NCBI GenBank assembly: GCA_963708135.1
Contig: OY970192.1
Location: forward strand, 3,040,001-3,104,000
Direction of reading: 5' to 3'
Source of the DNA: an uncultured Gemmatimonadales bacterium
GTDB taxonomy: Bacteria; Gemmatimonadota; Gemmatimonadetes; Longimicrobiales; RSA9
DNA length: 64,000 nt
Below the pieces are notes generated by a model. It was not told the DNA's origin. It searched no databases and saw nothing but the letters and a program-made list of their open reading frames with translations. The position numbers were made by a program, and so were the translations under genes. How positions within the stretch are numbered: the stretch's first letter is position 1; each line of letters opens with the position of its first letter. Positions 41,078 through 50,122 of this stretch are shown here, one piece after another.

Positions 41078-41292
41078 ACCCGCGCCTGCCTTCCATGACC
41101 GCGCCAGAAGTGGTGCGGCTCCTGGAGCGGCATGGCTTTGAGCGAGTTCGGCAATCAGGATCCCACCTCATCCTCCGCCACACGGACGGACGCCGCGTCA
41201 CCGTCCCCGTGCATAAGTCCAAGGACCTCGGTCGCGGTCTTCTGAGCCGGATCATGAAGGACGCGGACCTCTCGATAGAAGACCTCAAATAG
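41074..41292 (+). CDS. hicA: HicA-family toxin
   Basis: LERHGFERVRQSGSHLIL...VTVPVH..KDLGRGLL. Confidence 0.9.
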   Translation: MNPRLPSMTAPEVVRLLERHGFERVRQSGSHLILRHTDGRRVTVPVHKSKDLGRGLLSRIMKDADLSIEDLK

Positions 41293-41446
41293 GTCGAACG
41301 GGCCGGCGGATAACAAACGGTTGGCGCCTGCGCGGCCTGCGGCCGCTCCGGAGAACCCGCCGCGGCCGCCTGGAAGCTGGTGCGGTTCGTGAGGTTTCGA
41401 AGGTGATCGCGCGCTGGAGGTTGTTGCGCGGCGGGTCGCCAACCTA

Positions 41447-42617
41447 GTGTAGTGTCTGCCAATTGAGTTGATTTAACAAGACTCCGAGCGTACTGCGGTG
41501 AGCGCCTCGCGTGCACGCTGGATCTTGCGCAAGATGTCCTCGCCTTTGGCTCGCCACCGGTACGGCTTGGGATGGAGCTTTCGTTCGGCCAAGTAGCTCT
41601 CGATGTCACTCACCAGCTCGCGTACGCTGGAGAAGCTGCCCTCCCGAATCACGTCCTGCGTCAGCTCTCCGAAGAAGCGCTCGACGAGATTCAACCAGGA
41701 CGAGCTGGTCGGCGTGAAGTGAAGGTGGAAGCGCGGATGCTTCGCAAGCCACTGGGTTACGCTCTCTTGCTTGTGCGTGCAGTAATTGTCCACGACGAGG
41801 TGTAGATCGAGATCCTTGGGCGTCTCCCGATCGATCTGCTTGAGGAAGCGAAGCCACTCGACGTGCGTGTGACGCTCTTCCGTGCGCGCGATCAATTTGC
41901 CGTCGAGGTAGTTCAGTGCAGCAAACAGCGTGATGGTGCCGTGGCGGGTGTAGTCGTGGGTCTTGGTGCGAATCTCCCCGACGCCGAGGGGTAAGCCCGG
42001 TTGGGTGCGCTCCAAGGCCTGGCACTGGCTCTTCTCGTCACAACACAGGACCAGCGCCCTCTCGGGCGGATCGAGATACAGCCCGATCACGTCCCAGAAC
42101 TTCTCCTCGAAGCGCGGATCGTTCGACAGCTTGAACGTCTGCGTCAGGTGCGGCTTGATCTCGTTTGCCCGCCAGATCCGGTGCACGCTGTCCGGCGAGA
42201 TCCCGACCTCACGGGCCATTGTGCGCACACTCCAACGCGTGCACGGCTTGGGCGGCCGAGTCGCCCGCGTGATGACCTGCTCCACCTTGTGCGCCGGGAT
42301 CGAGGGGCGCCGGCCCCGTCCTTTTCGATCCTTCAGGCCGTCCAGGCCTTCGCGCTCGAAGCGTTGGGACCACTTGTTGACGCACGCGGCGCTCACGCCC
42401 AGCTCCCGCGCCACCTGCACCTGGCCGAGACCGCGCCCGCGCCGCAGCACGATGGCGGCACGAAGGCTGTCGCGCTTGGACACGCTGGGCGCCTTCACAC
42501 GCCGCTCAAGCTCTTGCCGTTCGGCGTCGGTGATCTCGATCTTGGACACAGGTCGCGCCATGGCGCAAGGATACGCCCGGCGCCTCCTTGTGTCAAGCTA
42601 TTTGTCGGACGCTACAC
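41447..42617 (-). mobile_element. IS630-family insertion sequence inside an attC-like site
   Basis: TIRs GTGTAGTGTCTGCCAA / TTGTCGGACGCTACAC; TA duplication at 41445-46 and 42618-19 (CTAG target). Confidence 0.92.
41473..42561 (-). CDS. IS630-family transposase
   Basis: HTH N-terminus; DDE motifs CCDEKSQ, VVDNYCTH, FTPTSSSWLNLVERFF. Confidence 0.93.
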   Translation of the reverse strand: MARPVSKIEITDAERQELERRVKAPSVSKRDSLRAAIVLRRGRGLGQVQVARELGVSAACVNKWSQRFEREGLDGLKDRKGRGRRPSIPAHKVEQVITRATRPPKPCTRWSVRTMAREVGISPDSVHRIWRANEIKPHLTQTFKLSNDPRFEEKFWDVIGLYLDPPERALVLCCDEKSQCQALERTQPGLPLGVGEIRTKTHDYTRHGTITLFAALNYLDGKLIARTEERHTHVEWLRFLKQIDRETPKDLDLHLVVDNYCTHKQESVTQWLAKHPRFHLHFTPTSSSWLNLVERFFGELTQDVIREGSFSSVRELVSDIESYLAERKLHPKPYRWRAKGEDILRKIQRAREALTAVRSESC

Positions 42618-42624
42618 TAGAAAC

Positions 42625-43000
42625 GTTATCCGGAATGCGCTGGTGCGCTGAAGAGCAAGCGTGGGTGCCCCCCCTGCCACCCCGAGCCGGCGGTTTTTGC
42701 GCTCGCGGGCGTAGTGGACAATCGCGGCCGGGAGACTTCGCTGGACAGGGTGCTGGTCGGGCCGCCATGCGCTGCCAAGCCCGCTCGAGGAGTCGGTGTG
42801 CCAGGCAGGCGCCGCGCTGCTGGTGAGGCCGGTGCGGTTTCGAAGGAGCGCATGGCTGCTGCCGGCCGGGGGGGCGCACTCCGGATAACAGCGCGGTGAC
42901 CGCTGCGCCGCCTTGCCCGCCCGAAAGCGTGCAGGGACTGTGATCAGGAACTTGGGCCGGCGGGACACGGCGCTGCGCGCCGCGTCGGGCACCGCTGAAC
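42625..43000 (+). repeat. ORF-less cassette type D (most divergent)
   Basis: 376 bp; same termini and family-1 attC, different interior. Confidence 0.85.
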
Positions 43001-43377
43001 GTTATCCGGAATGCGCTGGCGCGCTGGGGAGTGAACCTGTTGTTCCCCTCCCCGCCCCGGATCCAGCGGTTTCGCGGGACCGGTGCAATCGATGATCCTG
43101 GCACACCGGGTTCGCGAGGCAGCAGCTGGTGAGGCGCCGGGCGCATTGTTCCTGTATCCGCGGCGTCGAGAGCCCGGCCGGAGTCGAAGCGTTTGTCGGC
43201 GCTGAGTTCCGGGCCGCGCCCGCCTTCCGCTGGAGGCGGAGGGGCGCACTCCGGATAACAGAGCGGTGGCCGCTGCGCCGCCTTCAGCGGCTTGCCCGCC
43301 GGGTGGAGTGAAGTCGTAGGCCGAGAACACGGGCCGGCGGGACGCGGCGCTGGGCGCCGCGTCGGCAACCGCCAGAC
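43001..43377 (+). repeat. ORF-less cassette type B, copy 3
   Basis: 377 bp, a few substitutions. Confidence 0.9.
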
Positions 43378-43444
43378 GTTAAGTGCCATCACGTGGGTTC
43401 GCCTCATGCATTAGATTGGGGCGGTTACCAACGGGAGGACTTCG

Positions 43445-43651
43445 ATGAAGTATCGGGTGCTAATCGAGCAGGACGAGGACGGGTTCTTCGTGGCCGAGGT
43501 GCCGGCGCTCCCAGGGTGTGTGAGCCAGGGTGAGACTCGGCAGGAGGCGCTTGAGAACATCCGAGAGGCGATCGCGGGCTATCTGGAGAGCCTCGAGGAT
43601 CACCAGGAACCGGTGCCTCCCTCGATTCACGAGGAGATCGTGGAGGTCTAG
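43445..43651 (+). CDS. hicB: HicB-family antitoxin
   Basis: MKYRVLIEQDEDGFFVAEVPALPGCVSQGETRQEAL. Confidence 0.9.
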   Translation: MKYRVLIEQDEDGFFVAEVPALPGCVSQGETRQEALENIREAIAGYLESLEDHQEPVPPSIHEEIVEV

Positions 43652-43876
43652 GTGGCCGAACTGCCAGTCGTCTCAGGACGCGAGGCAGTGAAGGCGTTCG
43701 GCAGGATCGGTTACGTTGTCGATCGCCAGCGAGGAAGTCACATCATACTGAGACAGGCGGAACCCCCTCATCGCCGCCTGACGATTCCGGACCACAAAGA
43801 GCTGCGGAAGGGAACGCTGCGGGCGTTGATCCGACAGGGTGGGTTGTCGGTGGACGAGTTCTTGGCGTTGCTGTAG
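43652..43876 (+). CDS. hicA: HicA-family toxin
   Basis: GYVVDRQRGSHIIL...LTIPDHKELRKGTLRALIRQ. Confidence 0.9.
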   Translation: MAELPVVSGREAVKAFGRIGYVVDRQRGSHIILRQAEPPHRRLTIPDHKELRKGTLRALIRQGGLSVDEFLALL

Positions 43877-43931
43877 GAACAGCAGAACCGCCCGTTCGGT
43901 CAGCGCCCTGGAGCTGGCTGGTCGTGACGGC

Positions 43932-44084
43932 ACTTAACAAACGGTTGGCGCCTGCGCGGCCTGCGGCCGCTCCGGGGAACCCGCCGCGGCCGTGACTAGA
44001 AGCTGGGGAGATCAGGGTAGTTTCGAAGGTGATCTCGGGCTGGAGGTATCGGCGCGGCGGGTCGCCAACCTGGAAACGTTATCC
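43932..44084 (+). other. attC-like site, family 3 (long form, representative)
   Basis: ACTTAAC-aaacGGTTGGCG...ACCCGCCGCG...AAGCTGG...TTTCGAAGG...CGCGGCGGGTCGCCAACC-tggaaac-GTT. Confidence 0.85.
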
Positions 44085-44454
44085 GGAATGCGCTGGTGCG
44101 CTGGGGAGTGAACCTCTTGTTCCCCTCCCCGCCCCGGATCCAGCGGTTTCGCGGGACCGGTGCAATCGATGATCCTGGCACACCGGGTTCGCGAGGCAGC
44201 AGCTGGTGAGGCGCCGGGCGCATCGTTCCTGTATCCGCGGCGTCGAGAGCCCGGCCGGAGTCGAAGCGTTTGTCGGCGCTGAGTTCCGGGCCGCGCCCGC
44301 CTTCCGCTGGAGGCGGAGGGGCGCACTCCGGATAACAGAGCGGTGGCCGCTGCGCCGCCTTCAGCGGCTTGCCCGCCGGGTGAAGTGAAGTCGTAGGCTG
44401 AGAACACGGGCCGGCGGGACGCGGCGCTGGGGGCCGCGTCGGCAACCGCCAGAC
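44078..44454 (+). repeat. ORF-less cassette type B, copy 4
   Basis: 377 bp, apparently identical to 29667-30043. Confidence 0.9.
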
Positions 44455-44645
44455 GTTATCCGAAAGCAGCCGCGGATACGCTATGAACGAAAGCATCGAT
44501 CTGATCGAGGGCGTGGTCATTGCGTATTCCGGTCATTCCGGCCATCGACTCCGGTCGAAGCCGGCCACCCGTTCCGGTGGCAAGCCGGCCGCTGATTCCG
44601 GAGCATTCCGGCCACCCGCCTCGGAGCGAAGCGACGCTGGTGCTT

Positions 44646-45276
44646 TCAGGCTGCGGCCTCGGTGTCTGCGTGTCGTTTCTTCGATCGTCGCATAGAAGCT
44701 CCTTTCAGGGTGATTCTGTGGGCGTTGTGGACGAGGCGGTCCAGGATGGCGTCGGCGAATGTGGCGTCTCCCACGACGTCGTGCCAGTGGTCGAAGGGGA
44801 GCTGACTGGTCACGAGGGTGGCGCGGCTGCCGTAGCGGTCCTCGAGGACTTCGAGCAAGTCCGTGCGTTCGTAGTCCTTCAGGGGCGCGAGGCCGAAGTC
44901 GTCCAGGATCAGCAGTTGGGCCTTGGCCAGGCGCTCGAGGAGCTTGGCATAGGAGCCGTCGGCGCGGGCCAGGGCGAGTTCTCCGAGCAGGCGTGAGAAG
45001 CGGTAGTAGCGCGTGGACAGACCCTGCCGGCAGGCGCTGTGGCCGAGGGCGCACGCGAGATAGCTCTTGCCGTTCCCGGTGGCACCGGAGATCAGCACGT
45101 TCTCGTGGTCGCGGATCCACTGGCAGCCGGCCAGCCGGAGGACGAGGCCGCGCTCGAGGCCGCGAGGGCTGCGGAAGTCGATGTCCTCGGGCACGGCCGG
45201 CAAGCGGAGCTTGGCCATTTGCAGGAGCCGCGTGAGGCGGCGGTCCTCGCGGAAGGTGATCTCGCGCTCGAGAAGG
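44646..45276 (-). pseudogene. istB: IstB ATPase, N-terminally truncated
   Basis: GATGNGKSYLA, LLILDDFGL, TLVTSQLP, ADAILDRLVHNA. Confidence 0.85.
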
Positions 45277-45970
45277 GGTTCAGATCCGGCTCGTAGTAGC
45301 AGGCATGCTTGACACCGGTCCTCAGATTGTCGGGCACGATCAGACGCATCACGCCGCCGAAGTAGGCGAACATGCGCACGTGCGCCCCGACCCACTGGGG
45401 CAGCTCCTGGCTCCAGCAGGCCTCCGCGTAGGTGAAGTTGCTGGCGCCGAGCACGCCCACGAAGATCTCGGCCGCGCGGATCTCGCCGGTCGTGCGGTTG
45501 ACCACCGGGACGGTCTGGCCGGCGAAGTCCACGAAGACCTTCTCGCCGGGCACGTGCTCCTGGCGCAGGACCAGGTCCAGACGTCCCCGCCACCGGCGGT
45601 AGAGCTCACAGAACTGGCTGTACTGCAGCCCGTCCGGCTCGCGCTCCTTGTACTCGACCCAGAGAAGCTGCAGCGTCACGCCGGTGCGCTTGCGCGCCTT
45701 CAGCTCGCGGTGCACTTCGGCCCAGTCCGGCAGTGGCCGCGCGATGCTGGACGGCCGCGGCAAGGGGAAGAGCAGCCCTTGGAGCTGCGCATCCGTCCAG
45801 CCAGGCGGCAGCGGCCACGAGATCCCGGCCGCCTCGGCGCGCCTGAGGTACTCCGCCACCGTGCTGCGCGCGATCCCCAGGCTGCGCGCGATCGCTCGAT
45901 TGCTCTGGCCCGCGGCCTTCAGCCGCAGGACCTCCTTGGTCTTGCGCATGGACAACCTTTCCGCCGCCAT
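45277..45970 (-). pseudogene. istA: IstA transposase, C-terminally truncated
   Basis: VTLQLLWVEY, PGEKVFVDFAG, LIVPDNLRTGV, YYEPDLNP, then jumps into istB. Confidence 0.85.
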
Positions 45971-46774
45971 CTCGCCTCCGGGTTCGAGAGAACTCGGCAG
46001 GAAAGTGACGGCCGGACGGATTCAGGTCATCCAGCGCCGCTTACGCTCCGCAGGGGGTGGCCGGAATGCTCCGGAATACCCGGCCGGCATGCTCCGGAAT
46101 CGGTGGCCGGCTTCGACCGGAATCGGTGGCCGGCTTGGGCCGGAATACGCAGGTCATCAAGGGTGGCGGAGGGGCCACCAAGAACCTCCGTCCGATTGAA
46201 GACCTGATCGCGGCTCGGAGTGGGCTGCCCTCGGTCTGTGAAGGCACTTTCAACGTGGGGTTAGAGGAACACTACCCTTTGCTCGCCGTCACAGGTGTGA
46301 TTTCCAACGATGAGTATGCCCATCACCAAGAGTGCATCAAGCTCAGGCGCTGCCGGGTTCGTATGGCGGGGTCCGCCGGAGCTGGGTTTCGCGGTGTGAT
46401 CGTGCGGCCCAGTCAGCATGAGGTTCCCGGGCGGCCCTACTGGCTCCGACTCGAAGTGATGTCCCCGCACAAGCTCCGCGATACTCTTGCAGCAGGGGAC
46501 GGCGATGTAGTGGTCGTAGAAATTGAGCAACCGGCCGCTGTGAATGAGGAATGGTGGAATAGGGCAGAGTCCCTTTAGTCAAGGCGTAGGAGCGGCTGCC
46601 CTCGGATAACAAACGGTCGGCGCCTGCGCTCGCTTCGCGAGCTCCGGAGAACCCGCCGTAGCCGTGACAAGAAGCTGGTGAGGTCGGTGTCGTTTCGAAT
46701 TGTGATTCCCGCGCTCAAGGCTGCGGCGCGGCGGGTCGCCAACCTGGAGACGTTATCCGGCATCCGCTTCAGAG

Positions 46775-47044
46775 CTACAGGCGCTTCAGGAGCTGGTCAT
46801 AATCGCCGTGGGAACCGATCCAGAACCAGATCCAGACATCGTCGCGGCGTCTGGCCAAAGCCCGGTGCTGGAGGGTGATACGTGCGGAGAAGATCGGCTC
46901 CGTCGTGTGAACCTGCTTGAACTGAAGGCTCGGATGGGCAGGATTGTCGGAGAAGAGGCGGAAGGCCTCGCGGGCTCGGTCCTGGACGTCTTCAGGAAGT
47001 GAGGCGAACGCTTTCCGAAACGCGGCGGTGGTGCGTGAGGTCAC
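46775..47044 (-). CDS. RelE/ParE-superfamily toxin (reverse orientation in cassette)
   Basis: FRKAFASLP...NPAHPSLQFKQV...WFWIGSHGDYDQLL. Confidence 0.85.
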   Translation of the reverse strand: MTSRTTAAFRKAFASLPEDVQDRAREAFRLFSDNPAHPSLQFKQVHTTEPIFSARITLQHRALARRRDDVWIWFWIGSHGDYDQLLKRL

Positions 47045-47259
47045 AGATCCGAAAGATCGAGCTCCCGGGTGTCACCGCGAGCGTCTTCGGCGAGGGCATC
47101 GTCGGCGAGTCGGGCGAGCGCGTCCTGTGAGCCCTCGAACGCGCGATCCCAGCGTCGCTCGGACTTGAGCTCCTCGAGAAGCAGAGAAGCGATTGCATCC
47201 TGCTGCTCGCGGGGGAGCTTGGATGCTTCGTCGAAGGCCTTCTTGAGTAGTTCGGTCAT
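47041..47259 (-). CDS. Putative antitoxin
   Basis: MTELLKKAFDEASKLPREQQDAIA...; overlaps the toxin start; AGGAGG RBS. Confidence 0.8.
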   Translation of the reverse strand: MTELLKKAFDEASKLPREQQDAIASLLLEELKSERRWDRAFEGSQDALARLADDALAEDARGDTRELDLSDL

Positions 47260-47558
47260 CGATCCTCCTTGGGAGGAGATGATACCCGTGCCGGGGTGGG
47301 CAGTTCAAGGAGAGCGTGGGTGTCGTGGAGCGAGAGGTTCCGGGTTTGCGGGCCGGCGGATAACAAACGGTTGGTGCCTGCGCGGCCTGCGGCCGCGCCG
47401 GAGAACCCGCCGCGGCCGTCTGGCAGCTGGTGAGTCTGTCGCAGTTTCGAAGGCGGCCGCGCGCTGGAGGCTGTAGTGCGGCGGGTCGCCAACCTGGAAA
47501 CGTTAGCCGAAACCGCGAAAGCGGGAGGACAGGGTGGACCAGGTCCAAGGTGGGGCGG

Positions 47559-47587
47559 TTGACGGCATGTAGTCGGTAGGATACACT
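47559..47587 (+). promoter_or_regulatory. Sigma70-type promoter of the addiction-module cassette
   Basis: TTGACG-N17-TACACT, 6 nt before the ATG. Confidence 0.7.
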
Positions 47588-47853
47588 TGAGCTATGATCG
47601 AAGTACGCAAGACGGAGCTCTTTGCTGGCTGGATCGACGGGCTGAAGGACGTCCGGGGGCGAGCCCGTGTGCTGGCGCGAATCGAGCGCCTTGCGGCGGG
47701 CAACCCCGGGGATGTCCAACCGGTTGGCGAAGGGGTTTCGGAGCTACGAGTGGATTATGGCCCAGGATATCGGGTGTACTACAGAAAGCGTGGGCAGAAG
47801 CTGATCATCTTGTTGGCCGGAGGGGACAAGAGCACACGGGCGAGAGATATCAA

Positions 47854-49614
47854 CCTCCCGTATTCACCACGCGTAGGTTGAGCCGATTGAGCGCGTGATT
47901 TGGAATTCGGCGGCGGCGTGCGTGGCGCCCGGGCTGATTACGGGGACAGCCCCCCTTTCCCCCGGCGCGCCGCCGACGGCTCCGTGCTCCGATCGCTCCC
48001 CGCCCGAGAAGGCCTACGCTGGAGTGGGCAGGGCCAGGGCGGCGGGGGAGCCGCGGGCCGAGTAGCGCCGGCTCATTTCTCGCCAGAAGCGCTGCCACAG
48101 GTGCGCGCGGCCCGCGTCGATGACGAGCGTGAGTCGTCGGCCGCTCACCAGCACGCGTCCCGCCGCTTTGAGCACGAGTTGGCGGAAGCGCTGGCGGGTC
48201 ATGACCTGACGTTCGCCGCACGAGACCAGTTCTGCGCCAGCTCTCAGCAGGTTGGCCGCGATGAGGCTCAGCAGCAGGCGCGCCTCGTTGGCGCCGAAGC
48301 TGTCGGTGTCGGGCTCGGGCGTGGCGACGCTCCGCCCGCGGTAGTGCTTCTTGGGCCGCGGCGCCGACGAGAGCGCCAGCGCCAGCGTGCTTTTCCAGTC
48401 CCCGAACTCCCGCTCGGCTTCTCCCCGCGCCCGGTAGCGCTCCAGCAGCGCCGGGCCGTCTACCTCTTCGGTGCTCGCGTTCGTGAGCAGGAAAAAATGG
48501 TCGAGGAACAGCTCCCCCTGCTCGTCCGAGCGCTCCAGCATCACGAGCACCACCCGGCGCGCATGGTCCCAGCGCCCGGCAGCATAGGTCAGCTCGTGCG
48601 TCCAGATCCGACCTTCGGCCGGCGGGTGTCCAGGCGGCCGCTTCAGGTACGGCGCCGCGAGTCTCTCCAGGCGTGCATTCCCACGCAGCCGGGCCACGTA
48701 GCGCACGCCCTCGTCCTCCAGCGTGGCCAGCAACTCGTTCTCCGGGAATCCCGCATCCATGCGCAGCCACACCTGCTCCGCCTGCGTCTTCGCCCAGAGC
48801 ACCGCGGGGACCACAAAGCCCAGCGCGCCTTGCGCCGTGTGCGCGTTTCCCTCTCGCAGCTCGGCCGCCAGGAAGTCTCCCAACTCCCAGCGCAGCACCA
48901 GCGGGTGGTAGCAGCAGCAGCCATAGTGCGCGTTCCACGAGCTGCCCGGCTGCAGCCCGTGCACTTCGACCGGCAGCGAATCCAGATCCAGCGTGACCTC
49001 CGCAACGCGCGGCGCGTTCCGGCCCCGCCGCCGCTCCGCACCCCGCAGCAGGAGCGTGGAAAGGCCCTGCCGGTTTCCCGGGTCGGCCAGCACCGCCAGG
49101 AGCCGCGACAGGGTTGGCTGAGAGGCCAGCCCGGAGGCCGCGCCCGCAGCCCCACCCCGCACCGGCGCCGTCCCCCGGCGCCGCGACACGGCCACGCGCA
49201 GCGCCGGATCGGCGCGCAGCAGGTCCGCATCCCGCTGGTCCGTCCATCCCTGCGCCAGCAGGAGCACCTGCGTGAGCATCAGCTCGAGGAAGTCGTGCGT
49301 GATCCGCGCGGGGTCGCGCGGGTCGTGCAGGTGGTGGTGGACCAGCGCCGGGAAGCCCAGCCGCTCCAGCAGCGCACGCAACAGCACCGCGCCCGCGTCC
49401 GAGGTCAGCCGCTCCGGTCGCGCCTCCACGCCCATCGAACGGTTGAAATCCAGCCGGAAAAGTGTACCTTGTTCTTCACCCATGGCGTGTTTGTCGTGTG
49501 GTCCGGAAGGATGGTTTGGTTTGCACCCCCATCTTACGGTCACACAGGCAGATGCGCCATGGGCGCTTACGCCCTACACAACCCCTCCACTAACCCGCTC
49601 GTGAATACGGCAGG
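47854..49614 (-). mobile_element. IS1380-family insertion sequence
   Basis: TIRs CCTCCCGTATTCAC / GTGAATACGGCAGG; 5-bp target duplication ATCAA. Confidence 0.9.
48014..49483 (-). CDS. IS1380-family transposase
   Basis: LTSDAGAVLL, LASQPTLSRL, TLDLDS, CYHPL, LRMDAGF, YRARGEAE. Confidence 0.88.
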   Translation of the reverse strand: MGEEQGTLFRLDFNRSMGVEARPERLTSDAGAVLLRALLERLGFPALVHHHLHDPRDPARITHDFLELMLTQVLLLAQGWTDQRDADLLRADPALRVAVSRRRGTAPVRGGAAGAASGLASQPTLSRLLAVLADPGNRQGLSTLLLRGAERRRGRNAPRVAEVTLDLDSLPVEVHGLQPGSSWNAHYGCCCYHPLVLRWELGDFLAAELREGNAHTAQGALGFVVPAVLWAKTQAEQVWLRMDAGFPENELLATLEDEGVRYVARLRGNARLERLAAPYLKRPPGHPPAEGRIWTHELTYAAGRWDHARRVVLVMLERSDEQGELFLDHFFLLTNASTEEVDGPALLERYRARGEAEREFGDWKSTLALALSSAPRPKKHYRGRSVATPEPDTDSFGANEARLLLSLIAANLLRAGAELVSCGERQVMTRQRFRQLVLKAAGRVLVSGRRLTLVIDAGRAHLWQRFWREMSRRYSARGSPAALALPTPA

Positions 49615-49660
49615 ATCAAGGCGGCTCTCCGCCTGGCGCGCAATCTGGAGGAGTAGGATC

Positions 49661-49960
49661 ATGGCGAAGACTGTCACGAGCCGGTACGACGTAGCGGAGC
49701 ACCTCCGGACGCCGGAAGAGATGGCCGCGTATCTGGAGGCGTGTCTCGAGGAGGCGGACGGTGATGCGGCGTTTGTCGCCAAGGCGTTGGGCGACATTGC
49801 TCGAGCCAGAGGTATGAGCCAAGCGGCTCGCGATTCAGGCCTGTCGCGGGAGAGCCTCTACAAGGCCTTATCTGGGGAGCGCACGCCTAGCTTCGATACG
49901 ATACTCAAGGTCGTCGGCGCACTTGGGCTGAAGCTCCATGCGGAGGCTGCGCAGGGCTGA
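49661..49960 (+). CDS. Addiction-module antidote HTH protein
   Basis: YDVAEHLRTPEEMAAYLEA...ALGDIARARGMSQAARDSGLSRESLYKALS. Confidence 0.9.
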   Translation: MAKTVTSRYDVAEHLRTPEEMAAYLEACLEEADGDAAFVAKALGDIARARGMSQAARDSGLSRESLYKALSGERTPSFDTILKVVGALGLKLHAEAAQG

Positions 49961-50122
49961 TAGGTCCGTCGTGACGCGGCTTCGGCTAATAGACGTTATG
50001 TGAAATCGCTTTGGGTCGTGCATGGAGCCCATGGACGGTAGGTTGAGGTCCCAGTAGCATGAATGCCCAGAGTCGCCAGTCACGGCGGCGGGCTGCCACA
50101 ACCAGGAGTCGAGTGCTTCGAC

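Larger units (their letters stand above)
44521..46151 (-). mobile_element. IS21-family element with internal deletion (1631 bp)
   Basis: Ends TGCGTATTCCGG / CCGGAATACGCA, multiple subterminal repeats, 6-bp target duplication GGTCAT. Confidence 0.92.
44483..46578 (+). pseudogene. DUF120 / CTP-dependent riboflavin-kinase-like gene interrupted by IS21
   Basis: Removing the IS and one GGTCAT restores MNESIDLIEGVVIKGGGGAT...GTFNVGL...LEVMSPHKLRDTLAAGDGDVVVVEI. Confidence 0.72.
47594..49656 (+). pseudogene. Addiction-module killer (RelE/HigB-like) toxin, 3' end interrupted by IS1380
   Basis: GNPGDVQPVGEGVSELRVDYGPGYRVYY...GGDKST; original tail RDIKAALRLARNLEE* resumes after the IS. Confidence 0.85.

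Noticed and set aside
27981..44454. CRISPR array interpretation of the regular repeats
   Set aside because: Units are about 376 bp, are interleaved with whole genes and lack short unique spacers; no cas genes are present.
47900..49960. 686-aa ORF ending in the antidote sequence
   Set aside because: It is the antisense frame of the IS1380 transposase running into the real antidote gene, which starts at 49661.
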